Notes: generated from the letters alone by a model not told the origin. Positions 49,595 to 60,815 are shown, counted from the stretch's first letter. The stretch: DNA of 64,000 bases from an uncultured Sphingobacteriales bacterium (GCA_964542585.1 CAZIUI010000002.1:12117-76116), one strand, 5' to 3'. A program made the numbers and translations.

Positions 49595-50842
49595 CTAAGC
49601 AACTTTGAGTTCGCTGAGTTTTAACCCTTCTAGGCGGTTTTTGACAAATTTCACATCTACTTTAAAAGTCTCCCTTTCACTTTCTGATGGTAAACCATAA
49701 AGGGTATCCATCATAATAGATTCCACCAGAGAACGTAAACCTCTTGCGCCTAGGTTAAAATCAATAGCCTTTGAGGCAATAAGATCGATTGCTGTAGCCG
49801 TCACTTTCAATTCTATACCCTCCATCTCAAACAGCTTTTGATACTGTTTGATAAGGGCATTTTTGGGTTCTGTAAGAATTTTTTTCAGTGCTTCTTTATC
49901 AAGGGGATCCAAATAGGTAACAATCGGTAAGCGGCCAATTAATTCCGGGATTAACCCGAAGTTTTTTAAATCCTGAGGCATTATAAATTGGAAAAGGTTT
50001 TGTTTATCAGCCTTTTGCGACTTATCCTCAGGAACGGTTTGAAAGCCGATTCGTTGCTTATTGACCCGCTTTTCAATAATTTCTTCCAGTCCATCAAAAG
50101 CTCCACCACAGATAAAAAGAATGTTACGGGTATCTATGGGGACCATGTTTTGCTCAGGATGCTTCCGCCCCCCTTGGGGTGGGATGTAAATGGTATCGCC
50201 CTCTAGCAATTTTAACATTGCTTGTTGAACACCCTCTCCGGAAACATCTCTTGTGATAGAAGCATTATCGCCTTTCCGGGCCACCTTGTCAAGCTCATCA
50301 ATATAAACAATTCCTCTCTCTGCTGCTTTGGAGTCATTATTAGCTGCTTGTAAAAGCCGGGTAAGAATGGTTTCAACATCCTCACCTACATAACCCGCCT
50401 CGGTGATAACGGTGGCATCGGCAATACAAAACGGTACTTCGAGGATATCAGCAATAGTGCGCGCCAGTAAAGTTTTTCCTGTACCAGTTTCTCCGGCAAG
50501 CAGTATGTTGGATTTTTCAATTTTCACCTCTTCACCACTGCTTGTTTGCTGATTACTACCACCACTTATCAACCTTTTGTAGTGATTATAAACCCCTACC
50601 GATATAGATTTTTTAGCCGCTTCCTGCCCGATCACATGTTTATCCAGATAGGCCTTGATTTCTTTAGGCTTGGAAATGTTTTCAAACGTTGGTGTCGTTT
50701 CCTTTTTTTGCGACTCAGCTTCAACTATTCGTGATGCCTCCTGCGCACAACTGTCACAAATAAAACCTTCCTTGCCTTCTATTAAAAAATTGACCTCATT
50801 TTTACTACGCCAGCAGAAAGAGCAATAACTATTATTTTTCAT
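49595..50842 (-). CDS. clpX: ATP-dependent Clp protease ATP-binding subunit ClpX
   Basis: It has an N-terminal C4 zinc finger (CSFCWRS...CDSC), a Walker A motif GETGTGKTLLA and a sensor region. Confidence 0.9.
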   Translation of the reverse strand: MKNNSYCSFCWRSKNEVNFLIEGKEGFICDSCAQEASRIVEAESQKKETTPTFENISKPKEIKAYLDKHVIGQEAAKKSISVGVYNHYKRLISGGSNQQTSSGEEVKIEKSNILLAGETGTGKTLLARTIADILEVPFCIADATVITEAGYVGEDVETILTRLLQAANNDSKAAERGIVYIDELDKVARKGDNASITRDVSGEGVQQAMLKLLEGDTIYIPPQGGRKHPEQNMVPIDTRNILFICGGAFDGLEEIIEKRVNKQRIGFQTVPEDKSQKADKQNLFQFIMPQDLKNFGLIPELIGRLPIVTYLDPLDKEALKKILTEPKNALIKQYQKLFEMEGIELKVTATAIDLIASKAIDFNLGARGLRSLVESIMMDTLYGLPSESERETFKVDVKFVKNRLEGLKLSELKVA

Positions 50843-50850
50843 AGGATTAT

Positions 50851-51549
50851 TTAAGCTTCCTCATCTTGTTTAGGAGCTGAATTGCGTGTGAGAATATCGT
50901 CTACCATTCCGTAATTCTTGGCCTCATTACAATCCATCCAGTAATCCCGATCCGCATCGTCTTCTATTTTTTCAATAGCGTTGCCGGTATGGTCAGCTAT
51001 AATTTGATAGATTTCCTTACGAATCTTGACGATCTCATTGGCCGTGATTTCGATATCTGCAGCCTGACCTTGAGCTCCGCCTAAGGGTTGGTGGATCATT
51101 ACCCTTGAATGGCGTAAACAGTAGCGCTTACCACTTTCTCCAGCACAAAGCATAACAGCGCCCATAGAGGCGGCCATACCGGTACAAATAGTATGAACGC
51201 TGGGCTGTATATATTGGATGGTATCGTAGATGCCAAATCCCGGATAAACGCTTCCTCCTGGACTGTTGATGTAAAGGTAAATATCACTATTGGGATCAGT
51301 GGACTCCAAGAATAGCATTTGAGCCTGGATAATGTTGGCAACATCATCATTGATAGGAACTCCCAGAAATATGATCCGGTCCATCATCAACCTGGAAAAA
51401 ACATCCATGGAAGCTACGTTCATGGGGCGTTCTTCAATGATATTGGGGGTGATATAATTGGAGTAGCTATTAAGTTTATCGCTACCAATTCCCATGTGTT
51501 GGCTAGCAAATTTCTGGAATTCTTGACCTTGATTACGATTGTTATTCAT
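50851..51549 (-). CDS. clpP: ATP-dependent Clp protease proteolytic subunit ClpP
   Basis: GMAASMGA carries the catalytic Ser, and SPGGSVYPGFGIYDT is present. The product is 232 aa. Confidence 0.9.
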   Translation of the reverse strand: MNNNRNQGQEFQKFASQHMGIGSDKLNSYSNYITPNIIEERPMNVASMDVFSRLMMDRIIFLGVPINDDVANIIQAQMLFLESTDPNSDIYLYINSPGGSVYPGFGIYDTIQYIQPSVHTICTGMAASMGAVMLCAGESGKRYCLRHSRVMIHQPLGGAQGQAADIEITANEIVKIRKEIYQIIADHTGNAIEKIEDDADRDYWMDCNEAKNYGMVDDILTRNSAPKQDEEA

Positions 51550-52948
51550 TGTTTGTTGCTTTTGCTGTTTCTTCGTCTTTGTCTTGATTAACTTCTTGAA
51601 ATTCGTTGTAGGTTACCTCTTGCTTTTGAAACGTTACCTCTTCTTTTATTTGCTTAAAAACTTTATCTTCCTTTAGGGTAAAAAGTGATTTGTAAAAATT
51701 GTTTTGATCCTGGAGGTAATTGGCTGCATATTCTCGCACTTTATCTTCTCCAATTTCGCCCATGCCAATCCTAGAAACTTCATTTCGAATCATAGCTTGA
51801 GCGTATTCCATGACTTCCTGATTTTCTACAGTAATGTCAAACCGCTCAGCCAGTCCATCAACCACTATCATCCATTTAATATCCTTAACGAAATCCTGGT
51901 ATTTTTCTTCTTCAGTTTTTTGCTCCTCATTTTCTTGTTCTTCCTGATCCGATTGAACTTGATCGAACCAGCGCTTTAAAAAGGCTTCTGGCAAGCCTTT
52001 ATCATAGTTTTTAATAAAAGCATCCTTCAATTCTTTAAATAAGTGACCATCAGTTTCTCTTTCGTAAGAAGATTCCAATGCCTCGCGGATAGCTGTTTTA
52101 AATTCTTCTTCATTGTGGATCTCTTTATCCGGAAAAATTTCTTGAAAAACCTTTTCATCCAGCTCGGCTTGATGAAATTCATACACGGATTGAACTTCAA
52201 CCCTTAAAGTATCACCTAAATCTTGTACAGTGAGCTTATCGGTATTCAAAAACTCGGCAAATCGATCTTCATCATCAAAATAGCTTCTCAGGTTAAGGTC
52301 CAGTTTATCATCGGGTTTAGCATTTAATAGATCACCCTGTAATTTATCCGGAAGCTCTTTCAAATTGACAGCCTTAACTTGCGAGAAACCCTCTTCCATT
52401 TCCGAACCATCATCATTGAGTTCTTGAACTTTCATCCTGAGGGCAAGGTGTTCAATATCCTCTACCGTTTCTTTGTTTTCCGAAGAGCCCTTGAGGTTTT
52501 TGATCTTTTCAATCTGATCTTCCAATTCTTGATCGGTAGCTTTGATCACATACTGCGTTAAGCTTCCTAATGCTTCCTGTAAATTATCATCAATAGCGGG
52601 TCTTAACCCTACCAAATAAGTAAACTCGAAGGAATCCTGACCTTCCCAATCGGGGTCACCTTCAGGGGCCACCTGCAAAGGGTTAAGTAAAAGCTTTAGA
52701 TCATTTTCGCTAATATAATCCTGGATTGCCTTATTTAGCGTGTCAGGGACCAGTTTCTTTTTGATCTCCGATCCTAATTTTTTCCGAATAAGTCCTTTAG
52801 GAACTCTGCCTTTACGGAAGCCCGGTAAATTAGCCTCTTTCCGGTAATTCTTGACTTCTTTTTCAAAAGATTCCTCGTAATCAGCAGGATTGATCTGAAT
52901 ACGTAGTTCAGCGTCTAAATCGTCCTTTTGCTGTAAGTTAATATCCAC
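51542..52948 (-). CDS. tig: Trigger factor
   Basis: FRKGRVPKGLIRKK is the ribosome-binding signature region. The product is 468 aa, and the gene sits upstream of clpP-clpX as in the canonical tig-clpP-clpX order. Confidence 0.88.
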   Translation of the reverse strand: MDINLQQKDDLDAELRIQINPADYEESFEKEVKNYRKEANLPGFRKGRVPKGLIRKKLGSEIKKKLVPDTLNKAIQDYISENDLKLLLNPLQVAPEGDPDWEGQDSFEFTYLVGLRPAIDDNLQEALGSLTQYVIKATDQELEDQIEKIKNLKGSSENKETVEDIEHLALRMKVQELNDDGSEMEEGFSQVKAVNLKELPDKLQGDLLNAKPDDKLDLNLRSYFDDEDRFAEFLNTDKLTVQDLGDTLRVEVQSVYEFHQAELDEKVFQEIFPDKEIHNEEEFKTAIREALESSYERETDGHLFKELKDAFIKNYDKGLPEAFLKRWFDQVQSDQEEQENEEQKTEEEKYQDFVKDIKWMIVVDGLAERFDITVENQEVMEYAQAMIRNEVSRIGMGEIGEDKVREYAANYLQDQNNFYKSLFTLKEDKVFKQIKEEVTFQKQEVTYNEFQEVNQDKDEETAKATNNE

Positions 52949-52991
52949 GTTTAAGCATTTTATCCAACAATAGTCAGAAGTTTACAAGTAG

Positions 52992-53073
52992 TGCGGATGG
53001 GGGGACTCGAACCCCCAAGCCCGAAGGCACTAGATCCTAAGTCTAGCGCGTCTACCAATTCCGCCACATCCGC
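52992..53073 (-). tRNA. tRNA-Leu (anticodon TAG), with a long variable arm
   Basis: The reverse complement is GCGGATGTGGCGGAATTGGTAGACGCGCTAGACTTAGGATCTAGTGCCTTCGGGCTTGGGGGTTCGAGTCCCCCCATCCGCA. The anticodon loop CTTAGGA gives TAG. Confidence 0.88.
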
Positions 53074-53219
53074 TTTTAAATAAGCCTACAAAGTTACAAT
53101 TTCAATCAGATGGTGCCATATTATTGCTTGGAACCCATTTTTGAAGAACCGTTTTACAACTAATAGAGTTTTTTTTAGGTTACTTTTTAAAGAACGTCCT
53201 TTAAACCAGGGTAAAGGCT

Positions 53220-55469
53220 ATGGCTGATTATCATACCGAGCAGGAGAAACGGCAGATCGTAAATGCATACAGGAGCTTATTAAGGGCCAGTAAGCCCTTC
53301 ATCAACCATGAAGATAAACAGGCTATCCGTAAGGCTTTCAACTTTTCGTTGGATGCTCATAGGGGTATGAGAAGGAGCTCCGGGGAGTTATACATTTTTC
53401 ATCCCTTATCCGTAGCTACCATCTGCGCCAAAGAAATTAATCTTGGGGCTACATCTATAATTAGCGCTTTTTTACATGATGTTGTAGAGGATACGGAAAC
53501 CACCCACGAGGACATCGAGGCTACTTTTGGTAATCGCGTAGCAAGAATTATAAAGGGATTAACTAAAATATCTGACGTATCCGGGCACACGAAAAGTATG
53601 CAGGCTGAAAATTTCAGGAAAATCCTGCTAACCTTATCAGATGATGTGCGCGTAATTCTTATCAAGCTAGCCGATCGCTTGCATAATATGCGAACACTAG
53701 AAGCTATTCCAGCCAGGAAACAATTAAAAATTGCTTCAGAAACCCTTGAGGTTTATGCCCCCTTAGCTCATCGATTGGGGCTTTACAACATTAAAAGTGA
53801 ACTTGAGGATCTATCCCTTAAATACACTGAACCTGAGGTTTATCACGAGATTGTAGAAAAGCTGAAAAGTAACAAAAGCCAGCGTAACCGCTTCATAAGA
53901 AAATTCACCCTGCCGCTACAAAAAAAGCTGGATGAGCTCGGATTTAACTATGAAATTAAAGGCAGAACCAAATCCATTTATTCTATTTACCGCAAAATGA
54001 AGAACCAAGGTATCCCATTTGAGGAAGTTTACGATGTATTTGCGATAAGGGTGATCTTAGAGACGCCAGAGGAACAGGAAAAACAGTATTGTTGGCGTAC
54101 GTACTCTGTTATAACAGATACTTACACTCCCAATCCCAATCGGCTTCGGGACTGGATATCAACCCCTAAAGCCAACGGTTATGAGGCATTACATACAACA
54201 GTGATGGGCCCTTTAGGCAGATGGGTAGAAGTACAGATTCGAAGCCAAAGAATGGACGAGATTGCAGAAAAAGGATTTGCAGCTCATTGGAAATACAAGG
54301 AGAACGCTTTTGAAAAGGATTCACGCCTCGATGAATGGCTGAATAGAGTTCGTGAAACGCTTGAGAACCGATCAGTAAGTGCAATTGACTTTTTAGATGA
54401 GTTTAAGTTAAACCTTTTTTCAGACGAGGTTTTTGTTTTTACACCCAGAGGCGACCTTATCAAGCTCCCTTTAAATGCCACTGCCCTGGATTTTGCATTT
54501 GAAATTCATACAGAGGTTGGACTGCTTTGCTTTGGTGCTAAAGTAAACCATAAGCTAGTGCCTTTAGATTATAAACTTAAAAGCGGAGACCAGGTAGAAA
54601 TTCTGACATCTAAAAAGCAAAAGCCAAATCCTGAATGGCTAGAGTATGTAGTAACCGCTAAAGCTAAGTCTAAAATAAACGCAACCTTAAAAGATGAAAA
54701 GCGCCAGAGTTCTCAGATTGGTAAAGAAATCCTTGAAAGGAAATTCAGGTACCATAACATAAGCCCGGATAAACAAACTTTTAATGCGTTTACATCTTAC
54801 ATGGAAGAAGATACCAGCTTAGATCTTTTTTACGGTATTGCACAAGGCCGCATCAGTCAAGAGGACCTCAATGCTGGAATAGATCGCTTTATTCATCGCT
54901 ATAATTTTCAAACCCATCAAAAAGCAAATGGTAACAATGCCAATGAAGTAAGTGGGAGCCCAATCGAATTGCAAACCTTTGATAAAAGTGAGGTTATTTT
55001 TGAAGGGGGCGAGCAAAACTACGATTACACTTTTGCCAAATGTTGTAATCCCATACCAGGTGATGACATTTTTGGATTTATTACCAAAAATAATGATGTA
55101 AAAGTTCACCGAACCAATTGTTCAAATGGGATTCATCTGATGTCAAAATTTGGCTCCCGTATTCTAAACGCAGAATGGGTAGCTCAGGATATAAAGGCCG
55201 TTTCAGCATTTCCTGTTGGCCTCCAAATTTTGGGAATTGACTCGCTAGGAATCGTCAGCACAATTACGGACATCATCTCTAAAGAATTACAAGTAAACAT
55301 CAATTCCATTACAATTTCTGCTAAAGCAGGAGCTTTTGAAGGTTCGATCATCTTATACATCTATAATACTAAACATCTCGAACGCTTGATAGACCAACTT
55401 TCAGATCAGGAGGGCATTGAATCGGTTCATCGTTTTAATCCTGATTTTTACCTAGAGCAATCGCAATAA
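53220..55469 (+). CDS. relA: Bifunctional (p)ppGpp synthetase/hydrolase, RelA/SpoT homologue
   Basis: It has an HD domain (HPLSVA...LHDVVEDT), a synthetase domain (RTKSIYSIYRKM, GYEALHTTV), a TGS domain and an ACT domain. Confidence 0.9.
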   Translation: MADYHTEQEKRQIVNAYRSLLRASKPFINHEDKQAIRKAFNFSLDAHRGMRRSSGELYIFHPLSVATICAKEINLGATSIISAFLHDVVEDTETTHEDIEATFGNRVARIIKGLTKISDVSGHTKSMQAENFRKILLTLSDDVRVILIKLADRLHNMRTLEAIPARKQLKIASETLEVYAPLAHRLGLYNIKSELEDLSLKYTEPEVYHEIVEKLKSNKSQRNRFIRKFTLPLQKKLDELGFNYEIKGRTKSIYSIYRKMKNQGIPFEEVYDVFAIRVILETPEEQEKQYCWRTYSVITDTYTPNPNRLRDWISTPKANGYEALHTTVMGPLGRWVEVQIRSQRMDEIAEKGFAAHWKYKENAFEKDSRLDEWLNRVRETLENRSVSAIDFLDEFKLNLFSDEVFVFTPRGDLIKLPLNATALDFAFEIHTEVGLLCFGAKVNHKLVPLDYKLKSGDQVEILTSKKQKPNPEWLEYVVTAKAKSKINATLKDEKRQSSQIGKEILERKFRYHNISPDKQTFNAFTSYMEEDTSLDLFYGIAQGRISQEDLNAGIDRFIHRYNFQTHQKANGNNANEVSGSPIELQTFDKSEVIFEGGEQNYDYTFAKCCNPIPGDDIFGFITKNNDVKVHRTNCSNGIHLMSKFGSRILNAEWVAQDIKAVSAFPVGLQILGIDSLGIVSTITDIISKELQVNINSITISAKAGAFEGSIILYIYNTKHLERLIDQLSDQEGIESVHRFNPDFYLEQSQ

Positions 55470-55563
55470 TTTCAACAGCCGGTAAATCTTTAACCTCAAA
55501 ATGTTAAAGCAGGACTTTTAGGGTTCCATTTGTAGTTTTGAATTTTATAATTGAATCACTCTT

Positions 55564-56055
55564 ATGACCAGGGAAGAACTATACACGGAGGCCAAGAACA
55601 AGTTTTCTCGCTACCTTGAAGAAAGGCGTCACCGTAAAACTCCAGAGCGCTTCTCAATCCTCTCAGAGATTTATGACCGTGATGATCACTTTGATGTAGA
55701 AATGCTCTACCTAGAGCTAAAAAATAAGAACTACCAAATAAGCAGAGCTACCGTTTATAACACGCTTGATTTATTGCTGGACTGCGGTTTGGTCATCAAA
55801 CAGCAATTTGGAAATAACACGGCCCTTTATGAAAAAGCCTATGGATACCGTCAGCACGACCACCTTATTTGTAACTATTGCCATAAAGTCCTGGAATTTT
55901 GTGACCCCAGATTGCAGAAGACCCAAGACATGGTTGGCCAACTATTTGGCTTTGAGGTTACTCAACATGCGCTGACCTTATATGGCAATCCCCAAGTAAG
56001 TGAAGAGGGTATTTGCCAACGATGCTCTCAATTTGTCAATGCCTTATCAGATTAA
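55564..56055 (+). CDS. fur: Fur-family transcriptional regulator
   Basis: An N-terminal wHTH ([13 protein letters not shown]) is followed by metal-binding HxH / CxxC motifs ([12 protein letters not shown]...C). Confidence 0.8.
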   Translation: MTREELYTEAKNKFSRYLEERRHRKTPERFSILSEIYDRDDHFDVEMLYLELKNKNYQISRATVYNTLDLLLDCGLVIKQQFGNNTALYEKAYGYRQHDHLICNYCHKVLEFCDPRLQKTQDMVGQLFGFEVTQHALTLYGNPQVSEEGICQRCSQFVNALSD

Positions 56056-56070
56056 CCACAAGAATTTAAC

Positions 56071-57330
56071 ATGAGCTTAGACATCCTTTTAGGCTTACAA
56101 TGGGGCGATGAAGGGAAAGGTAAAATCGTAGATCTTCTGGCACTTCGATATCAAGTGGTAGCTCGTTTCCAGGGAGGCCCCAATGCTGGTCACACCCTTT
56201 ACGTAAATGGTGAAAAACATGTGCTCCATACCATTCCCTCTGGTATCGTTCATAACGATATAATGAATGTAATCGGTGCGGGAATGGTCATTGATCCGGT
56301 AATACTCAAGCAAGAAATTGAAAACCTCCAAGAGGCCAACTTTTTTAACAAGGATCGTTTATTAATAAGTAAAAACGCCCATCTCATACTTCCTACTCAT
56401 AGTGCCATGGATGAAGCGCAAGAAAAGGCTAAAGAGGAAATGCGGATAGGGTCAACTAAAAAAGGGATTGGCCCTACCTATGCTGATAAAGCTAGCCGGA
56501 TTGGGTTTAGAGTAAGAGATATTGAGCAAAATGACTTTAAAGAGCGTGTTCAAACATTAATAGAAAGCCACATTAATCAGTTGCCTAGTCACCACCAACC
56601 AAGTAAAGATAAAGTTGAGGAATGGTTTGATGCTATACAGTTTTTGTCGCATTTGCATTTAATGGAAACTGAGCAATACCTCAATGAAAAGCTAAACCAG
56701 AATACCTCTATCCTTGCAGAAGGAGCACAGGGAACTTTACTTGATTTGGACCATGGGTCTTACCCTTTCGTGACCTCTTCTAACACGCTAGCAGCCAATG
56801 CTTGCTTAAGCTTAGGAATTGCACCTAGTCATGTCCGCAACGTATATGGGGTTTTTAAAGCCTACATGACAAGGGTAGGTGCTGGACCATTCCCCACAGA
56901 GTTGCAAGGCGAGATTGAAGAGCAACTACAGCGCCTAGGCAATGAATATGGGGCAACAACTGGAAGAAAACGGAGATGTGGGTGGCTGGACCTCCCCGCC
57001 CTAAAGTATGCCATTCAGATGAATGGCGTTAATCGTCTTATTGTTACCAAAGCTGATGTCCTGAAAAACATTGCCGACCCGGCTTACTGTGAAGGTTTTA
57101 CGGATTCAGATGGTAATAGAATAAGCTATCCTGAGATCTTAAGTACCGGCTCCTTTTATGCCGCCTTGAAACCGTTAAATCATGCCCACAAACGTGTGAC
57201 TAATAATGGTGAAACCGAAAGCGATGAATGGGCCTCTTTTAAAAAGGAATTGGAGTACCTCACTAAAACGAATGTTCAGATTATATCGATTGGTCCAGGT
57301 AGGAGCGACATAATGGAATTTTCCCCATAA
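56071..57330 (+). CDS. purA: Adenylosuccinate synthetase
   Basis: GLQWGDEGKGKIVD is the P-loop, and GIGPTYADK and TKADVL are present. Confidence 0.92.
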   Translation: MSLDILLGLQWGDEGKGKIVDLLALRYQVVARFQGGPNAGHTLYVNGEKHVLHTIPSGIVHNDIMNVIGAGMVIDPVILKQEIENLQEANFFNKDRLLISKNAHLILPTHSAMDEAQEKAKEEMRIGSTKKGIGPTYADKASRIGFRVRDIEQNDFKERVQTLIESHINQLPSHHQPSKDKVEEWFDAIQFLSHLHLMETEQYLNEKLNQNTSILAEGAQGTLLDLDHGSYPFVTSSNTLAANACLSLGIAPSHVRNVYGVFKAYMTRVGAGPFPTELQGEIEEQLQRLGNEYGATTGRKRRCGWLDLPALKYAIQMNGVNRLIVTKADVLKNIADPAYCEGFTDSDGNRISYPEILSTGSFYAALKPLNHAHKRVTNNGETESDEWASFKKELEYLTKTNVQIISIGPGRSDIMEFSP

Positions 57331-57352
57331 CTCCATCGCTTAAAGCGTAAAC

Positions 57353-57387
57353 AGCCAAAAAAAACCCTGACATTGCAGGGCTTTAAA
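57353..57387. terminator. Putative bidirectional intrinsic terminator between convergent purA and gldN
   Basis: AAAAAAAACCCTGacattgCAGGGCTTTAAA has a 5-bp GC stem flanked by an A-run upstream and a T-run downstream, so it could terminate on both strands. Confidence 0.45.
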
Positions 57388-57414
57388 TATGAATTTGACT
57401 TTAACTTGTATGGC

Positions 57415-58296
57415 TTACCATTGCCATAAATCATGTTCGAAGTTCATAAGTTTTGCTTCGATTTTCTTGGCCTTAAGTAAAGCAGCATATTTACTACCTT
57501 CATACTTAGGCATATCCGTGATATCCAAATTAAATTCGTTTGGATAACGAACTATATAGCTGGAATATAACCGTTGTTCAAAAAAGTCATAATAAGTTAA
57601 CCGGGCTGCATCATTTTGCCTGTTAAACATAGGCTCATTAACCAATATATGCCTTAACTCAGACCACTTTACCCAGAAAATCGTCTGCTCATCAAGTTCA
57701 GCACCACCCCGCTTGGGCTTAAAAAGGGGAGCAATAGCAATAATTCGAGGCATGTACTGGGATGTCTCCTTGTCAAAGATCCAGTCTTCCATTATCCGGA
57801 ATTTGTTAATTTCCTCGCAACCCAAGGAATTTCTAATAGTCGTGTCAACGGTGTAGTTAGGCCTTTCAATAGGATAAGGCCTTTGTTCTACAACTTCCTC
57901 TGTGGATACGCGGTCCATTACAGCTTCTGTTGAGTAGTAAGAGGTTAAAGAGTCATTCCTGTAAGGGGTAAGTTGCTTCCCATCTATTCCCTCCATAACT
58001 GCATTCCACACTAAGCAATTAAACGGATTCTTTGGCCACTGCATAGCCAAATTTTGCTTTTCCCGCATATCTAGCTTTTGGTGTATCCGCCGGGCATACA
58101 TTACATCCGCCTGACGAAGGGGAGGATAAGGAATGGCTTTACGTTCTTCAGTTGTCCTCTTATCATAGGTAAAATCTCCTTGATAATCTCCACCCTTAGA
58201 ACCATCGCCACCTGATCCGTCTTGGCCAAAAGCAAAACCACAGGAGAACACAATCAAAACTGCTAAACTTATTGAAGACCTTAACCAATTATTCAT
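57415..58296 (-). CDS. gldN: Gliding motility / T9SS protein GldN (PorN)
   Basis: It has a signal peptide and is 293 aa. It is the last gene of the gldK-L-M-N set. Confidence 0.8.
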   Translation of the reverse strand: MNNWLRSSISLAVLIVFSCGFAFGQDGSGGDGSKGGDYQGDFTYDKRTTEERKAIPYPPLRQADVMYARRIHQKLDMREKQNLAMQWPKNPFNCLVWNAVMEGIDGKQLTPYRNDSLTSYYSTEAVMDRVSTEEVVEQRPYPIERPNYTVDTTIRNSLGCEEINKFRIMEDWIFDKETSQYMPRIIAIAPLFKPKRGGAELDEQTIFWVKWSELRHILVNEPMFNRQNDAARLTYYDFFEQRLYSSYIVRYPNEFNLDITDMPKYEGSKYAALLKAKKIEAKLMNFEHDLWQW

Positions 58297-58310
58297 GGCA
58301 CCTTGTTTAA

Positions 58311-59888
58311 TTAATCTATAGTTAGTACAATAGTTGACGGTAGACGCTTAACGCCATCAGGACCTTTCGCCGATATGTTATCCACAATGATTTTATCCCC
58401 AGGCTTTGGATTACTTAGGATTCGGTCCATTTTAGAGGTTAACCTTGGTCCGTCATTGGAGGCTTCCTTAAAATTACCCCGTTTAGGAACATACGTTAGC
58501 CTGAAGTGAGAAACAACATATTTAACACCTTCAAAAGCAAACCCTTCTCCCATACTAGCTACGATAGCATCCACAATTCCAACCTCACCTTTGGAGATCG
58601 TACCGGAAGCTTTACTACCAAAGTAAGGGGTAGGCTTCGGGACGGGTTTAATACGAAATTCCTTCCTACCTACTGATTTAGTTCCACCATCTTTCAGGGA
58701 TACACTAACGTCAATGTAGGTTTTACGGCCTTCAGGAACTTTTGCTATATATTTACCAGGCTCCTGTTTAATAAGATCACCCTTGGTCATGTTGGCCCTT
58801 ATTTGACGGGGTTTATAACCAGGGACTGATACAGTAATAGGATTTTCTAGGCCTGTGTACAAGACATTCATCGCATCCGCTGAAATAATAGCCGGTGCTT
58901 TAAAGGCACTGTAGTTTACATTGAAGTCAAAAGATTTTTCCTTGCCAGTTGATGGATCCTCTATGGTAATTTCACCTGGTAAACTCTTTTCGCCTGGCGA
59001 ACTAGGGACGGTAGTAAACTTGCCCTGACCTTTCTCTACATCAAGTTTTTCACCATTAACCTTAATTTTAGGGTTTTGGGTAGAACTGTATGCACCAAGC
59101 ATAATTTTAGCGCTAAATTCCTCATTGACGGAAACAGCACTTTTCTTAGTTTTAACAATGGGCTCAAAAACATCAAAACTAATCTCAGAGCTTCCAACCT
59201 GCCCTACCAAAGTGTTAAGGACTTCGGATTTGGTATTTTTAACATCACTTTGAAGTTTGGTTAGAATAGTAACAGCTGCCGTCACAGGAACCATCTCAAA
59301 ATTCGCCGCAGCCCAAGTATTCTTATTATCCGGTCCTTTAGGTGGAGCTTCAGCTTTTAAGGGTATTTGATTTTTAAGCCTTGTCAAGTTAATATCATTA
59401 GCACTTACGGTATCTTGGTTGTAGTCTTCCAGGATATCAATTAACTCCTCACGAGTGCTATTAATCTTCCGCTTTAGCGTATCCCCATTACCTTTTTTCA
59501 CCAATACCCTGGTTCCAATATCAAGATTTTTAGCACCAACAAGTGTGCTAGTATCATCTTCAAGATAGCCACCACTTTCTTGAATGATATGATCTTTTAT
59601 AGTGTCAATGTAATGGTTTAACTTATTAGCTAGCATTTTAGCCGAATCAGCCTTCCGGTAATGCTTTATAGTTCTTTCACGGTTATTCTCCAATAAATCC
59701 TCAAAACGCTTCATAGTGCTCGCATTTTTTTGGGAAATGGACTCATTGGATGCTTGAATTCCAGCATGAACTGTCCGAAAAGCTTTCAGGACCTCAGCTG
59801 ACACATTAAGAGCCAAAAGCGCCAATAAAACCAAATACATCATATTGATCATTGCCTGACGCAATGGATTCTGACTTCCTGCTGCCAT
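58311..59888 (-). CDS. gldM: Gliding motility / T9SS protein GldM (PorM)
   Basis: The N-terminus NPLRQAMINMMYLVLLALLALN forms a single TM helix, and the large periplasmic region gives 525 aa. Confidence 0.85.
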   Translation of the reverse strand: MAAGSQNPLRQAMINMMYLVLLALLALNVSAEVLKAFRTVHAGIQASNESISQKNASTMKRFEDLLENNRERTIKHYRKADSAKMLANKLNHYIDTIKDHIIQESGGYLEDDTSTLVGAKNLDIGTRVLVKKGNGDTLKRKINSTREELIDILEDYNQDTVSANDINLTRLKNQIPLKAEAPPKGPDNKNTWAAANFEMVPVTAAVTILTKLQSDVKNTKSEVLNTLVGQVGSSEISFDVFEPIVKTKKSAVSVNEEFSAKIMLGAYSSTQNPKIKVNGEKLDVEKGQGKFTTVPSSPGEKSLPGEITIEDPSTGKEKSFDFNVNYSAFKAPAIISADAMNVLYTGLENPITVSVPGYKPRQIRANMTKGDLIKQEPGKYIAKVPEGRKTYIDVSVSLKDGGTKSVGRKEFRIKPVPKPTPYFGSKASGTISKGEVGIVDAIVASMGEGFAFEGVKYVVSHFRLTYVPKRGNFKEASNDGPRLTSKMDRILSNPKPGDKIIVDNISAKGPDGVKRLPSTIVLTID

Positions 59889-59944
59889 AAATTATCTATA
59901 ATTTTAACAACTTAAAACACTTATTGCTATGTTTTCCAATTGAA

Positions 59945-60754
59945 TTAAGCATTCGAATTTGACCCACTTGTTCCCATGGCGCTCAACATATTACCATAAA
60001 CAGAATTAAGGGAAGCAAGATTATTGTTAAGTCTGCCAAACTCATCTTTCAACTTAGAGGTTTCATCTTGAGATCCAGACAAGTTTTCGATGGTCTTAGT
60101 AAGGCTATCATAATATTTATTGAGGGACTTAATGTGGTTGTTGGTCTCTTCTAATTCCATTTCATACACAGAGTTAAGAGAGGATAACTTTTGAGAGGCT
60201 TCTTTTACCTGATCAAAATACTCTTTCGTTACCTCAGAGGATTGGTTCAAGGTCTGAAGAGCTTGAATATTTTCCGAATAGGATTGGTTGATCTTATCAA
60301 CATTTTGTGCGGCTTCTTTTACCTTAGAGGTATATTCATCGGTAGCAACAGCTGCATTGGTCAATTCGCCCATCTTATTGACATTATCTGACAACGACCG
60401 CATTCCATCTCCTAAACGTTGTATAAGGTTTTGATCTATTTGAGCATCCTCAAATGCTTTATCAAGCTCTTGAGAAGCGGACTTCTTCTTATCTTTCTTT
60501 TTCCCTTCTTCAATTCCGGCTAGCTCCGGGTAAACCAGTGTCCAATCATAATCTTCCTTAACTGGTTCGAAAGCTGAAAGTGCGAAAATGAGGGCTTCGG
60601 TTCCCAGCCCTATTATAAGCATTAAACCAGCCCCTGGATAATGCTGTAATTTGAACAATGCACCAAGAATCACCACTGCTGCTCCAAGGCCATAAATTTT
60701 GGCCATGATGGATTTAAAGGTTTTACTTTCTAAAAAGCTTTTTGATTTTGCCAT
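59945..60754 (-). CDS. gldL: Gliding motility / T9SS protein GldL (PorL)
   Basis: Two N-terminal TM helices (IYGLGAAVVILGALFKL, LMLIIGLGTEALIFALSAF) are followed by a cytoplasmic coiled coil. Confidence 0.85.
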   Translation of the reverse strand: MAKSKSFLESKTFKSIMAKIYGLGAAVVILGALFKLQHYPGAGLMLIIGLGTEALIFALSAFEPVKEDYDWTLVYPELAGIEEGKKKDKKKSASQELDKAFEDAQIDQNLIQRLGDGMRSLSDNVNKMGELTNAAVATDEYTSKVKEAAQNVDKINQSYSENIQALQTLNQSSEVTKEYFDQVKEASQKLSSLNSVYEMELEETNNHIKSLNKYYDSLTKTIENLSGSQDETSKLKDEFGRLNNNLASLNSVYGNMLSAMGTSGSNSNA

Positions 60755-60815
60755 TTTATCTTAGGTTTTAGTTAGTTAAAAGGATACAACATTTCTTGAT
60801 AAATCACTATCTATC